Source: Trueperaceae bacterium
GTDB lineage: Bacteria > Deinococcota > Deinococci > Deinococcales > Trueperaceae
DNA length: 64,000 nt
Reading direction: 5' to 3'
Assembly (NCBI GenBank): GCA_965214405.1
Contig: OZ243956.1
Location: forward strand, 2,400,001 to 2,464,000
In this document: positions 9,914 through 20,565 of the stretch, in pieces
How positions within the stretch are numbered: position 1 is the first letter of the stretch
Layout: the number at the start of each line of letters is the position of its first letter
Translations under genes and position numbers: made by a program
Notes under the pieces: generated by a model
What the model was told of the DNA's origin: nothing
What the model saw: only the letters and a program-made list of their open reading frames with translations
Database searches by the model: none

Positions 9914-10528
9914 CGAAGCGGAGCGCGCAGCACGTACGAAATCCCTTATCTTGCGCGCGTCCTTGACGCCCAAGCTTGACTCCACCCCCGAAGCGACGTC
10001 CACCGCCCAAGGACCAAGCGCCGCGACGCCCGCCGCGACGTTGTGAGAGGCCAGGCCGCCCGCCAAAACGAGATTGGCAACGCCCCGTAGCGGGGCCGCG
10101 CGCGCCCAATCAAAGGGCGCACCGCCGCCGCCTTTGGGACTGTCGAGCATCACGGCGTCCGCCGGGAACGCCCCCAACGCCTCACGCGTCAGTCCCTCGC
10201 GGAACGAAAACACTTTGACGACCCGCACCTCTTCGCGTAGCGCCGCCGCGTACGCGGGTTCTTCAGAGCCGTGAAGCTGCACCGCCGTAAGCTTCAGCGC
10301 GCGCGCCGCCCCCAGTACATCTTCAAAGGGCGCGTCTACGAAAACACCCACGCGCGCGGTAGCAGAGCCCACCGCCGCGCTTATCCGGGCAGCCTGCTCG
10401 AGACCCACCGAGCGTCCATAGCCCGGTGCCAAGATAAACCCGACGGCGTCCGCCCCCGCCACCTCCGCTGCGCGGGCGTCTTCGGGCCTGGTGATGCCGC
10501 AAATCTTTACTCGCATTTCTACTCGCAT
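9872..10528 (-). CDS. trpF: Phosphoribosylanthranilate isomerase
   Basis: RVKICGIT, VGVFVD, VQLHGSE, LAGGL, VDVASGVE; start 10528 or 10516. Confidence 0.95.
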   Translation of the reverse strand: MRVEMRVKICGITRPEDARAAEVAGADAVGFILAPGYGRSVGLEQAARISAAVGSATARVGVFVDAPFEDVLGAARALKLTAVQLHGSEEPAYAAALREEVRVVKVFSFREGLTREALGAFPADAVMLDSPKGGGGAPFDWARAAPLRGVANLVLAGGLASHNVAAGVAALGPWAVDVASGVESSLGVKDARKIRDFVRAARSASSSTVIHSYPQACG

Positions 10529-10575
10529 GGGCTCGAGTATAAAGGACGGGCAATCTTCACGCGTGCTGAACACTT

Positions 10576-10917
10576 TCAGAAGGCTGCTTGCAAATGCGTA
10601 ATTTCATGGCGCGTCTCCGTTCCACTGACCAATACCGCGTCGAAGCGTAGGGGCACGTCGTCATGGCCGTAGGTACGGCTCAGGTAGAGCAGCGCGGCGC
10701 GTCTCAAACGCTTTATCTTGGCGCCGGTGATGGCCTCTCCCGCGCTTCCGTAGCGGCTCGAGCGGCGCTGCTTGACTTCAACAAACACGAGCGTGTCGCC
10801 GTCCCTAACAATCAAATCCACTTCGCCACCGCGGACGCTGTAGTTTTCGCTCACCAGCGCGTAGCCCTGCGCTTCTAAGTGTTCCCGCGCCACCCTTTCA
10901 GACCAGTGGCGGGCCAC
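10576..10917 (-). CDS. yraN: YraN family (UPF0102) nuclease-fold protein
   Basis: GEVDLI..DG..LVFVEVK, RFDAV. Confidence 0.92.
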   Translation of the reverse strand: MARHWSERVAREHLEAQGYALVSENYSVRGGEVDLIVRDGDTLVFVEVKQRRSSRYGSAGEAITGAKIKRLRRAALLYLSRTYGHDDVPLRFDAVLVSGTETRHEITHLQAAF

Positions 10918-10931
10918 GACCCAAACCAGCC

Positions 10932-11351
10932 CTAGCGGGGGGTGACCTCGAGCCGCGCGGCGTCGGCCCAGAGGCCCTCCAAGTCGTAAAAGTCGCGCGC
11001 TTCGGGGCTCATGATGTGGACGATGACGAAGCCGTAGTCCATCAGGATCCAGCGGGTCGAGGGGCCTTCGACGCCCTTGGGCAACGTGCCCATTTCTTTG
11101 AGAGATTCTTTAACCCCGTCCTCCATCGCCCTGAGCTGCAACGTCGACTCACCCGTGGCAACGATGAAATAGTCGAGCGTTTCGGAGGTAGCGTGTAAAT
11201 CCAGCGCCACGACGTTTTTGGCGCGCTTGTCGTCGAGCGCGTCCACGATGCGCTGCACCTCTTGAGGAATGCTTCTCTCGTTTGCGTCCCTCTCGGTTGC
11301 GCCTGTCTTGGCTGTATCTGTCTTAGTTATGTCCGTCTTGGCTGTGTCTAT
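10932..11351 (-). CDS. rsfS: Ribosome silencing factor RsfS (start uncertain)
   Basis: LDDKRA, DYFIVATG, WILMDYG, RDFYDLEGLWAD; position after nadD-yqeK-LCP. Confidence 0.9.
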   Translation of the reverse strand: MDTAKTDITKTDTAKTGATERDANERSIPQEVQRIVDALDDKRAKNVVALDLHATSETLDYFIVATGESTLQLRAMEDGVKESLKEMGTLPKGVEGPSTRWILMDYGFVIVHIMSPEARDFYDLEGLWADAARLEVTPR

Positions 11352-12652
11352 TATCCGCCTCCTCCGGCCAAAGCCTGCGCCAACGCGAACGCGTCGGCGT
11401 TGGTGCCTAGCACGAGTTCCATCTGGGTGGGTTTTCCGTCGACGGGCTCGAGCGCGTCGATCTGCTGCTTGCTCACGTCGTGAAAAAGGGTCGCGTAGTA
11501 GTCGGCCTCGCTCCAGGCGGGGGCGGTGACGAGCAGACGCGTGGGGGCGGGGTCGGGCGAGGCCTCGCGGACGCTTACGAGGTCTTCGGGCACGCCCAAA
11601 CCGACGAAATAGGTTTTGATGGCCCCCTCGAGCCCCGGCACCCTGCTCCGGTTGGTAATCAAGAGGGGCGTGTCGGGCACCTCGCTGAGTTCGCGCGCCT
11701 CGCCGCCAAAGGTCGCGGCGACAAACGTCTCGACCGCCGCGGGGTCTACGCCCAAAACGTCTACGGGGTCGCCTTGCCACATGATGCGCCGCTCGCAGCA
11801 GGTCGGCAGCGTCGCCACCTGGCGGATTTGCAGGTTGGGCAAGCGCCCGAGAAGCTGGGTGACGAGCGCGGGCGAGGCGTTCGTCTCGACCTCTTTGAAG
11901 TAGGTGCTGGCGAGCGCGGGCACCTTGCCGACCGCGCGCACGTTGAGCTCTTTGAGGCGCTCGAGCATCGCCAGCGCCAAGGTTTTAACCTGGTCGATGC
12001 GGGCAAAATCACCCCGCGCCGTGTGGCGGTAACGCACAAAGTTGGCGGCCTGTTCACCGTCGAGCATTTGCGGCCCGGGCTCTAGGTGAATGTGCAGCTT
12101 GGCCGCGTAATCGTCCCAGTCCATTTTGTAGGGAACGTTGACCTCGACGCCGCCGAGCGCGTCCACGAGCCCCTTAAAGATGTCGATGTTGACAATCGCG
12201 TAGTAGTCGACCGGCAGGCCCACGAGGTTGCTCACCGCAGCCCTGAGGCCGTCCGCCTCTCTGTAGTAGTACATCGTGTTGATTTTGGTCGACCATTCAT
12301 CAAGCCAGACATCGCGCGGGATGCTGATGAGCGTGACTTCGTCGCCCACGATGGACACGTAAATGATGGTGTCGGTGTTGGTGCCGTAGGCGGTACTTTT
12401 GGCGTCGTAGGTGCGCCCGACCACTCTGCCCTGCTCGTAAATAGGGTCGCCCGCGAGACTCGTATAAAAAATGTCTCGCCCCGCGATGACGAAACTCGCC
12501 TGAAACTCGTCGTCTTCTATGTTGAGCACCTGCTTAGTTTCCTCGTCCAGCACGGTGCGCTCGACATCCCTGGTGAGCCAATAACCCACCAAACCCCCGA
12601 GGGCCAACAAAATGCCCAAAACCTGCACTAACCGAACGCTACGTAAGCTCAC
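11351..12652 (-). CDS. LytR-CpsA-Psr (LCP) family protein with C-terminal LytR-like domain
   Basis: N-terminal TM; NTDTII, SIPRD, LVDALGGV, LDGEQA..FVRYRH..GDFAR. Confidence 0.92.
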   Translation of the reverse strand: MSLRSVRLVQVLGILLALGGLVGYWLTRDVERTVLDEETKQVLNIEDDEFQASFVIAGRDIFYTSLAGDPIYEQGRVVGRTYDAKSTAYGTNTDTIIYVSIVGDEVTLISIPRDVWLDEWSTKINTMYYYREADGLRAAVSNLVGLPVDYYAIVNIDIFKGLVDALGGVEVNVPYKMDWDDYAAKLHIHLEPGPQMLDGEQAANFVRYRHTARGDFARIDQVKTLALAMLERLKELNVRAVGKVPALASTYFKEVETNASPALVTQLLGRLPNLQIRQVATLPTCCERRIMWQGDPVDVLGVDPAAVETFVAATFGGEARELSEVPDTPLLITNRSRVPGLEGAIKTYFVGLGVPEDLVSVREASPDPAPTRLLVTAPAWSEADYYATLFHDVSKQQIDALEPVDGKPTQMELVLGTNADAFALAQALAGGGG

Positions 12653-13232
12653 AAATCTCTTTATACACCCTCAGCGTGGCGGGGTGGACGGCCTTGCCCT
12701 TGGTGCGGAGGTACTGAACCTTGGAATCGACCGCGCGCTGGTAGGCCCTGAAAAGGTCGCGCATGGCGAGTTCGCGGATGCCGTCGTTGACGCCGCGACC
12801 CGGCTCGGACACGTCGGCGACGTAAACGGCCATGCCCACGCGGTTGTCGTGCGCCACCCCGAACACGTGGCCTTCAACCGCGTCCAACACGCGTCCGTCG
12901 TTGACGCCCCAGCACTCGGCCAGGCGGCGTCCGGCGCGGCCGTGTAAGGACATGGGGTGCTCGCGCTCCAAGTCGCTCTCGGGTGGGGCGAGCTTGAACA
13001 TCTCTTCGGGGGACAAGTCGCGCGCCGCGTCGTGTAAGACCGCGGCCAGGACGGTCGCGCGCAGGTCGCCCCTGGAAAACCCGTTGGCGAGCGCGATGGT
13101 TTCAGCGAGGATGGTCACGCGCACGATGTGTTCAAAGCGTCTGGGCGTGACGTTCGCCTTGACGCGCGCGCAGTAGGGTTCGATGCTGGCGCGGCTACAG
13201 GGGCTGTTCACGGTAAAGATGGTGTTTGGCAA
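12639..13232 (-). CDS. yqeK: YqeK-like HD-domain hydrolase (Ap4A hydrolase)
   Basis: RFEH..RV, LHDAAR, LHG..G, YVADVSEPGR; adjacent to nadD. Confidence 0.88.
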   Translation of the reverse strand: MPNTIFTVNSPCSRASIEPYCARVKANVTPRRFEHIVRVTILAETIALANGFSRGDLRATVLAAVLHDAARDLSPEEMFKLAPPESDLEREHPMSLHGRAGRRLAECWGVNDGRVLDAVEGHVFGVAHDNRVGMAVYVADVSEPGRGVNDGIRELAMRDLFRAYQRAVDSKVQYLRTKGKAVHPATLRVYKEICELT

Positions 13233-13776
13233 GGTAGCTCTCCACAGGTTGGGGAACGAGGTAACGAACAGAACGGCGGGCGGCGAGGCGCGCGCGCACC
13301 TCGGTACTCGAGACCTCGCACAGCCTCGTGTCTAAGACCTGCACCCCCCTAAAGGGTGCCCTCAACGCCTCTAAAGTATAGCCCGGACGGGGCACCGCCA
13401 CCATATTCACGGAGTGTACAAGCTCCTCGGCGCGGTGCCAGGTGTGAACGTCACGGTAGGCGTCCGCGCCGGTAATGAAGAAAAGCTGCGCCTGGGGGTG
13501 CGTTTCGCGCACCTCCGTGACGGTGTCAAAGGTGTAAGAGGGGCCGGAACGTTTCAACTCTAAGCGGCTCGTAAAAAAACGCGGGTGGTCCGCCGTGGCG
13601 AGAACCGTCATGTCGTACCGAGCTTCCGGCCCCGCGACGGCGGCTTTGTGCGGCGGCGTCGGCGACGGCAGGAAAAGGAGGCGGTCTAAGCGCAAGGTTT
13701 CTAGCGCGCCCTGCGCGGCGAGCAAATGGCCGATGTGGGGTGGGTCAAAGCGTCCTCCAAAGAGCCCGAGCCGCAT
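13195..13776 (-). CDS. nadD: Nicotinate-nucleotide adenylyltransferase
   Basis: GLFGGRFDPPHIGH, PPHK, SYTFDT, ITGAD, VSSTEVR; TACACT 8 nt upstream of ATG (leaderless-type). Confidence 0.95.
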   Translation of the reverse strand: MRLGLFGGRFDPPHIGHLLAAQGALETLRLDRLLFLPSPTPPHKAAVAGPEARYDMTVLATADHPRFFTSRLELKRSGPSYTFDTVTEVRETHPQAQLFFITGADAYRDVHTWHRAEELVHSVNMVAVPRPGYTLEALRAPFRGVQVLDTRLCEVSSTEVRARLAARRSVRYLVPQPVESYLAKHHLYREQPL

Positions 13777-14130
13777 AGGCGAGTAGTGTACACCATTCCA
13801 AAGGGGCAAGAGGTCTATACGGAACGGTTTACTCCGGGAAGTACAACTCGAGCCGCGCGCAAAGAGCTTATGGAGCGGGGGAGACGGGAGGTGAGGAGAA
13901 TTTCACCTCTCTTGTACGTTAGGAGCAGGTTTTAGAGGGCCTGGCAAGTGCGCAAAGAAAGTATCTCCCCAGACGTAGGAGTAAAGTAGACCGGCTTCCC
14001 TCGACCTTGTGACGTCGGAGTGGCACCGGAGTGGTGTCGGAGTGAGATCGGATGGTATCTACTCCTTGCTTCGCTTCTCGACCTCCAGCCGGACAAAACC
14101 ACCGTAAATGATTGTGCGCGTCGACAAAGC

Positions 14131-15243
14131 CTAATACTTGAACGGCCACCGCTTGAAATACTGCCGACTCAGCCGCCACCAGTTCGCCAAGCCGCGCGGC
14201 TCGAAAATCAAAAAGAGCACGACGATGAGGCCAAACACGGTGGGGCGCAAGGCGGTGCCGACGTCGATGCTCGAGGGCAACACGCCTTGCAGCGCCCCCG
14301 CCAATCCCTCCACCCAGGGGTCGAGAAACTGCAAAAAGGCGGGGCCGATAAGCGAGCCCACGAGCGTGCCCAGCCCGCCCACGATCGCCATCGCCAAAAA
14401 GTCAATGGAAACGCCCAGCGTAAAAGACTCCACAATCACGCTGCCGTTGTAAAAGGCCAGCAGCACCCCCGCGACGCCCGCGTAAAAGCCCGCCACGGCA
14501 AAGGCCATCACCTTGGTCGCGCCCGGATTGATGCCCATCGCGTCGGCGGCGCGGTCGTTGTCGCGCACCGCCACGAGCGCCCGCCCGAAGCGGCTGCGCA
14601 AGAGGTTGCGAAACGCCAGCGCCATGACGATGACCACACTCAGCCCGAAAAAATAGTAAAAGGGGCCGATGGTGGTGGAGCCGCTTATGGTCGTACCAAA
14701 AAAGTCCACGCGAGGCAGTCTGATACTGCCCCCCTGATTGAGCCACGGCGTGTGCCCCACCGACCAGGTGAAAATCACCTGAAAGGCGAGCGTGGCGATC
14801 GCCAGATAAAGGTGCTTGAGCCGAAAGCTCGGCAACCCCACAAACGCGCCCACCGCCGCCGCGACGAGTCCGCCCACGGGCAAGAGCAGCAGCACGTACC
14901 AGAAGGGCACGGTGCTGTCAAAGCCCAAGAGAGGCACCGCCACGTCGCGCGTAATCGTCGCCGCCGCGTACGCGCCCACCCCCATAAAGGCCGCGTGCCC
15001 GATGCTGATTTGCCCCGCAAAGCCCGTGACCAAGTTGAGCCCCATCACCGCCACGGTGTAGATGAGAACTAAGTCCAAAAGCCGAAAGAGCGACCGCGAC
15101 ATAAAAGGCGCAAAGGGAAGCAAAAAAAGCACAATAAGGAGCACCACCAGCGACGCCTGCTCGCTGTAGGTCGCAAAAATCGTCTGGTCCTCTTTGTAGC
15201 TTCGGCGGTAGTTGCCCGACTGGGTCCAGCGGTTAACGGCCAT
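14131..15243 (-). CDS. Branched-chain amino acid-type ABC permease (LivM-like)
   Basis: GLNLVTGFAGQISIGHAAF, YLAIATLAF, GRALVAVRDN..AA. Confidence 0.9.
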   Translation of the reverse strand: MAVNRWTQSGNYRRSYKEDQTIFATYSEQASLVVLLIVLFLLPFAPFMSRSLFRLLDLVLIYTVAVMGLNLVTGFAGQISIGHAAFMGVGAYAAATITRDVAVPLLGFDSTVPFWYVLLLLPVGGLVAAAVGAFVGLPSFRLKHLYLAIATLAFQVIFTWSVGHTPWLNQGGSIRLPRVDFFGTTISGSTTIGPFYYFFGLSVVIVMALAFRNLLRSRFGRALVAVRDNDRAADAMGINPGATKVMAFAVAGFYAGVAGVLLAFYNGSVIVESFTLGVSIDFLAMAIVGGLGTLVGSLIGPAFLQFLDPWVEGLAGALQGVLPSSIDVGTALRPTVFGLIVVLFLIFEPRGLANWWRLSRQYFKRWPFKY

Positions 15244-15341
15244 AACGCGCTCCGCGCCTAGAAAAAGAGGAAAGAGAAAAGGTAAAGGGTGAAAGGTGAA
15301 GCAAATCTTCCTTTTTCCTCTTTTTACTTTCAACTCGCTTC

Positions 15342-16235
15342 TTACACACGTTCAATCTCCCTAGTGCCAAAAAGCCCGTGAGGTTTAACGAGGAGAATCA
15401 AGAGGAGGACGACGAAGGGGAAGACTTCGCCGGTGCCGCCGCCCGGTACAAACGGGTCTAGGTAGCCGGTGGCGAGCTGCTCGAGCACCCCAATCACAAT
15501 CCCCCCGACCACCGCCCCCGCAATCGAATCGAGCCCGCCCAAAATCACCGCCGGAAACACGCGCAGGCCGATGGCGGTCAACCCGGCAAACTCCAAACCG
15601 TTCACGCTTCCCACCACAAAACCCGCCGCGGTCGCGCTCATCGCCGCCGCCGCCCAGGCGAGCGCGAACACGCGCTCAATGGATACGCCCACGCTGAGGC
15701 TCGCCAACTGGTCGTCAGCCACCGCGCGCATGGCGATGCCCAGCGTGCTGCGGGTAAAAAAGAGGAGCAGCGCCGCGATAAAAAGGACGGTGAGTAAGAT
15801 ACCCACCGCGTGCTCCCAGCGCAAGAAAAGCCCGGCGAACTGAATGGGCGTGGCAGGCAAAAAAGAAGGAAAGCGCGCGGTCAGGGTGCCAAAGGGCGTG
15901 AAGTAAACGAGCCCCGACAACACGCTGGCGAGCGCAATCGTCACCATAATCACGCTGATGATGGGCTCGCCGATCATCGGCCTCAAGAACACGCGCTCGA
16001 CGGCCCCGCCGAGCGCGTACATGAGCCCGGTCGCCAGCACCAGCGAGAGGGGGACGGGCAGCCCCGCCCACGCCGTGAGCCCGTAGGTAATAAACGCGCC
16101 GATGGCAATGAGTTCGCCGTGCGCGAAGTTGATGACCCGGCTCGCTTTGTAGATAAGGACAAAACCGAGGGCCGCGAGCGTATAGACGCAGCCCACCGCG
16201 ACGCCTGTGACGAGGAGCTGGAGGAAGTAGGTCAC
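15342..16235 (-). CDS. Branched-chain amino acid-type ABC permease (LivH-like)
   Basis: ALGFVLIY, INFAHGE, GIAMRAVA, ILGGLDSI.GA. Confidence 0.9.
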   Translation of the reverse strand: MTYFLQLLVTGVAVGCVYTLAALGFVLIYKASRVINFAHGELIAIGAFITYGLTAWAGLPVPLSLVLATGLMYALGGAVERVFLRPMIGEPIISVIMVTIALASVLSGLVYFTPFGTLTARFPSFLPATPIQFAGLFLRWEHAVGILLTVLFIAALLLFFTRSTLGIAMRAVADDQLASLSVGVSIERVFALAWAAAAMSATAAGFVVGSVNGLEFAGLTAIGLRVFPAVILGGLDSIAGAVVGGIVIGVLEQLATGYLDPFVPGGGTGEVFPFVVLLLILLVKPHGLFGTREIERV

Positions 16236-18193
16236 CGTTTCACCCCCACCGGCTCAGGTTTGGCGGGTTGGGAGGGCTCGAGCACCGCCACCTCCGTCTC
16301 GATTCGCGCCGTCTGACCGTCCTGATACTTGAACTCCGCACGAACCCGCACCCGCTCCTTTGCTGTGTCGTAAAGCGCGTCCAAAAGGTCCTGATAACGC
16401 TCGGCCACAAAACCGCGCCGCACCTTGCCCGTCCGGGTCAGCTCCTCATCGTCGGCGTCCAGAAGCTTATAGAGAAGCACAAAACGCGTGACGCGTTCGC
16501 TCTCTTTGAGGTCGGCGTTAACACCCTGCACCTCGTTGAGGATGAGCCCCGCCACCTCCGGGTTTTGCGACAGGTCGGCGTAGGTGGTGTACGAGAGGCC
16601 GCGGTCTTCGGCCCATTTCCCCACCGTCAGCGCGTCGATGTTGACCATCGCGGTCACGAAAGGCTGCGCGTCGCCGTAGACGACGGCCTCCTTGACAAAG
16701 GGGCTGAACTTGAGCTTGTTCTCGATAAATTGCGGGCTGAACATGTGGCCGCTACTTGTGTGCATCACGTCCGACACGCGGTCGATGATGACTAAGTGAC
16801 CGTCGTCGTCTAGGTACCCAGCGTCCCCCGAGCGAAACCAGCCGTCTTCGGTCACGGCGTCCCCGAACGCGTCGGCGCGCCCGTAGTAGCCGTGGCAGAC
16901 GCCGTCGCAGCGGGTCAGCACCTCGCCGGAAGGGGAGATTTTGACCTCGACACCCGGCAGCGGCGTCCCGACGGTGTCGTGCTTGACCGCCCCGTCGCGC
17001 TGGACGTAGGCGAGCCCCGCCGTTTCGGTCTGGCCGTAGACCTGCTTTAGGTTGACGCCCATGCCCTGAAAAAACTTAAACGTATCGGGACCCAGGGCCG
17101 CGCCCCCCGTGTAGGCGCGCTTGAGCCGCAGGAAACCGAGCCGGTCTTTGAGAGGCCGGAAGAGGAGTGCGTGCGCGACGCGGTAACCCACAGCGAGGCC
17201 CGGCGGCAGCTTTTCGCCCCTCATCCGGTACTCCGCCGCCCTCATGCCGGTATTCATGAGTCTACGGTAGACCCAGCGGTTGAGCGGGTAGGACTCGTCC
17301 ATTTTGACCCAGATGCTCGACTGGACGCCCTCCCAGACGCGGGGCGCGCCGAGCATCATGTGGGGACCAATCTCGCGCAAATCCTCCATCGCGGTCTCGC
17401 TCGATTCGGGAAAGTTGACGACCATGCCGGTTAAAAGGGGCAGCGCGAGCGCGAACACCTGCTCGACGATCCAGGCGAAAGGCAAAAACGAGACGTAGTC
17501 GTCCTCTTCGCTTAGCGGGTCCACTTGCTGGAGCGCGTAGCCCATCGAAAGGTAGTTGCGGTGACTCAGCTCCGCCGCCTTGGGTCTTCCTGTGGTGCCC
17601 GAGGTGGTCGATAAGTGGCAGATGTCGTCGGGCTCACCCTGCGCCACGTGCGCCTCGAAGAGGTTGGGCTCCCGCTCGCCTAACGCAGCACCCGCGGTAA
17701 GCAGCGCGTCCCAGCTCATCAACCAGTCGTCCTGGTAGTCGCGCATCCCCCTCGCGTCTTCAAACACGACCCGCTTGACGCTCGGCAGTTCACTCCGCCG
17801 GTCCAAGACTTTATCCACTTGCTCCTGGTCTTCGGCGAACACAACGCTCACCTCGGCGTAGGCGAGCAAGTAGGCGACCTCGTCGCGGACGCTCGAGCTG
17901 TAGACCCCGATACTCACCGCGCCGATACTTTGCGCCGCGAGTTCCGTCACGAACCAGGCGGGGATGTTGTCGGCCAGCACCGCCACCCGGTCGCCCGGCG
18001 CGACGCCCAGCGAGAGAAGCCCCAGCGCGGCGTGCCGGACTTTTGTGGCGACGTCTTGCCAGGTGAGTTCGTTCCAGATGCCGAAGTCTTTGTGGCGCAA
18101 GGCCACCCGCTCGGGCGTGGCGGCGGCGCGTTTTAGGAGGAGTTGCGGCAGGGTCAGCCCCACCATGTCCGCGCTCGCTTCTAAGCGGTTCAC
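16232..18193 (-). CDS. Long-chain acyl-CoA synthetase (AMP-binding)
   Basis: TSGTTGRPK, YGQTE, SGDAG, IIDR, ELTRTGKVRR. Confidence 0.92.
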   Translation of the reverse strand: MNRLEASADMVGLTLPQLLLKRAAATPERVALRHKDFGIWNELTWQDVATKVRHAALGLLSLGVAPGDRVAVLADNIPAWFVTELAAQSIGAVSIGVYSSSVRDEVAYLLAYAEVSVVFAEDQEQVDKVLDRRSELPSVKRVVFEDARGMRDYQDDWLMSWDALLTAGAALGEREPNLFEAHVAQGEPDDICHLSTTSGTTGRPKAAELSHRNYLSMGYALQQVDPLSEEDDYVSFLPFAWIVEQVFALALPLLTGMVVNFPESSETAMEDLREIGPHMMLGAPRVWEGVQSSIWVKMDESYPLNRWVYRRLMNTGMRAAEYRMRGEKLPPGLAVGYRVAHALLFRPLKDRLGFLRLKRAYTGGAALGPDTFKFFQGMGVNLKQVYGQTETAGLAYVQRDGAVKHDTVGTPLPGVEVKISPSGEVLTRCDGVCHGYYGRADAFGDAVTEDGWFRSGDAGYLDDDGHLVIIDRVSDVMHTSSGHMFSPQFIENKLKFSPFVKEAVVYGDAQPFVTAMVNIDALTVGKWAEDRGLSYTTYADLSQNPEVAGLILNEVQGVNADLKESERVTRFVLLYKLLDADDEELTRTGKVRRGFVAERYQDLLDALYDTAKERVRVRAEFKYQDGQTARIETEVAVLEPSQPAKPEPVGVKR

Positions 18194-19008
18194 AGCGTGA
18201 CCTCGTCCCCAACAGGGTTCTCTGCCGCGTCGCCTATGTACGCTTCTATGACCGCGGGGTCAAGGGCCACCACCGCGGGCGGCCCCGCCGCGATGCGCTC
18301 GCCGAAGTCGAGCACGAACACGTAATCGCTGATGTCCATGACCACGCCCAAATCGTGCTCGATAAGAACCACCGTCGTGCCCTCCGCTTTGATGTCCAAA
18401 ACAAAGCGCACGACGTCCTCTTTTTCGCCCAGCGTCATCCCCGCCATCGGCTCGTCAAGCAAGAGCAGCTTGGGCTCGAGCGTGAGCGCCCTGGCCACCT
18501 CGACGCGCTTGCGGACGCCATAAGCGAGTTCACCCACGGTGGCTTTGCGAACGGGTCCCAACTCCATAAAATCAATCACGCCCTCCACAAACGCGCGGTT
18601 TTCGGCCTCCTGCTTTTGCGCGCGCCCGTAAAAAAAGAGCGCTTGGGCAAAGCTGTATTTCAGGTGCGTGTGGCGCGCCAACATGAGGTTGTCGAGCACC
18701 GAGAGCCCGGAAAAAAGTTCGATATTTTGAAACGCCCTGGCCACGCCCAACTTTGAAATCTGGTGTGGGCTCGCCCCCACGAGTTCGTGCCCCTCAAAAG
18801 CGATAGACCCGCTCGTCGCGGTGTAAAAGCCCGACACGCAGTTTAAGAGGCTCGTTTTGCCCGCCCCGTTAGGACCGATAATAGAAGTGATGGTGTTGGG
18901 CGAAACCGTGAGCGACACGTTGGAAAGCGCGTTGAGGCCGCCGAACGAGAGCGTCAGGTTTTTTACAACTAGCTGAGGCGCGTCTGGCTGCGACACGGGC
19001 TGCGGCAC
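18190..19008 (-). CDS. ABC transporter ATPase (LivG-like)
   Basis: GPNGAGKT, LLLLDEPMAG, IEHD. Confidence 0.92.
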   Translation of the reverse strand: MPQPVSQPDAPQLVVKNLTLSFGGLNALSNVSLTVSPNTITSIIGPNGAGKTSLLNCVSGFYTATSGSIAFEGHELVGASPHQISKLGVARAFQNIELFSGLSVLDNLMLARHTHLKYSFAQALFFYGRAQKQEAENRAFVEGVIDFMELGPVRKATVGELAYGVRKRVEVARALTLEPKLLLLDEPMAGMTLGEKEDVVRFVLDIKAEGTTVVLIEHDLGVVMDISDYVFVLDFGERIAAGPPAVVALDPAVIEAYIGDAAENPVGDEVTL

Positions 19009-19584
19009 GTCATCCTGCTTTCTTTGCGGCTTGCGACCGCCTGGGGTGTGGGCGCAAGTATATCAGGTGATGTGGAAGAAATACCACCTGCGCCCCCAAA
19101 GGGATTGAAGGGGTTACGGTAGCGGGGCTCGAGCCACCGCCAAAGCGCACTACGCCAAAGCGCAGCCCGAAAACCAGACCTCCCGGCGCTAGCGTCGGGG
19201 TGAATTTAACAGCATAAAAGACAGCAGGCCGCGAAGATATACGGAGGTTGGCCAAGGCCAACCGCGTCAGAGTCAGAGGGGTTCACTATATCAGGAGGAT
19301 GATAGGGCTCGAGCTTTACCAAAACCCTAAGCGGCCCCAACCCTTGGCAGCCCCGCCCAAACTTGTAGCGCGAAGCAGGTTCAGCAGTGACTTTGTATTT
19401 TTTGCCTTTGGTGTGCTATAAAGTGAAGAGGAAAATGGCTGTCGCTTAACGGCCAGCTCCTCCGTAACGTTCTCTTGAGTAAGTTCGCGCGGGCTGAAGG
19501 GGGCAGAATCCACTGACATGTTTCGTGACGCTTGCACCTCGCAGGGTGCGAATTTGCTGCACAATGTCCTAAAGGAGTGACGAG

Positions 19585-20565
19585 ATGAACATTCTTATTA
19601 CGGGTAGCGCTGGTTTTGTTGGCAGTCACTTGGCTGAACATTTTCTCGCCGAAGGGCACACCGTCGTCGGCGTCGACAACTATATCAGCGGGCAAAAGCG
19701 CAACACCCAGCTTTTTCTTTCCGACCCCGCCTTTTCGTTTATCGAGGCGGACGTGTCGCAGGGTATCTTGTACCGCGGGCCGCGCCTCGACTGGGTGCTC
19801 CACTTTGCCTCGCCAGCCTCCCCGCCCCACTATCAGCAGTTCCCCATTGAAACGCTGATGGTCGGTTCGCAGGGCACGCAGAACGCTTTAGAGCTCGCCA
19901 AGGCTCACGGGGCCAAGTTTTTCTTGGCCAGCACCAGCGAAGTCTACGGCGACCCGCTCGTTCACCCCCAACCCGAAACCTACTGGGGCCACGTCAACCC
20001 CAACGGCGTCCGTTCCTGCTACGACGAGTCCAAGCGCTACGCCGAGGCCATTACGATGGCGTACCACCGCCACCACGGGTTAGACACGCGCATTATCCGG
20101 ATTTTTAACACCTACGGCCCGCGGATGCGCGCCAACGACGGGCGCGTCGTCACGAACTTTATCAATCAGGCGCTCCGGGGCGAGGCGCTGACCATCTACG
20201 GCGACGGTCGGCAGACGCGTTCGTTCCAGTACGTTACGGACCTTGTCAAGGGCGTCGCTTCGCTCATGAACACGGATTACCATGAGCCGGTCAACTTGGG
20301 CAATCCCGACGAATACACGATCCTTCGCTTTGCCGAAATCATACGCCAGCACATCGACCCGGCACTGGAAATCAAGTTTTGCCCCTCCTCAGAGGACGAC
20401 CCCAAACAGCGCAAGCCCGATATTCGCGTGGCCCAGACGCTCCTCGGGTGGAAGCCGCAGCGGTCGCTCCTTTACGGTATAGAGAAAACTGTGACCTACT
20501 TTCAGTCGTTAAAGGCTCCGCCCCACACCAAGCCGGTCTATGCTTACGTCCCCCAGGGTCGGTAA
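19585..20565 (+). CDS. UDP-glucuronic acid decarboxylase family SDR
   Basis: [38 protein letters not shown]. Confidence 0.93.
   Translation: MNILITGSAGFVGSHLAEHFLAEGHTVVGVDNYISGQKRNTQLFLSDPAFSFIEADVSQGILYRGPRLDWVLHFASPASPPHYQQFPIETLMVGSQGTQNALELAKAHGAKFFLASTSEVYGDPLVHPQPETYWGHVNPNGVRSCYDESKRYAEAITMAYHRHHGLDTRIIRIFNTYGPRMRANDGRVVTNFINQALRGEALTIYGDGRQTRSFQYVTDLVKGVASLMNTDYHEPVNLGNPDEYTILRFAEIIRQHIDPALEIKFCPSSEDDPKQRKPDIRVAQTLLGWKPQRSLLYGIEKTVTYFQSLKAPPHTKPVYAYVPQGR

Noticed and set aside
11352..11780. Long N-terminal extension of RsfS in the ORF track
   Set aside because: Overlaps the LCP gene in another frame; Arg-rich shadow sequence
14020..15072. 350-aa plus-strand ORF and many similar overlapping ORFs
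   Set aside because: Antisense shadows of well-supported genes in GC-rich DNA
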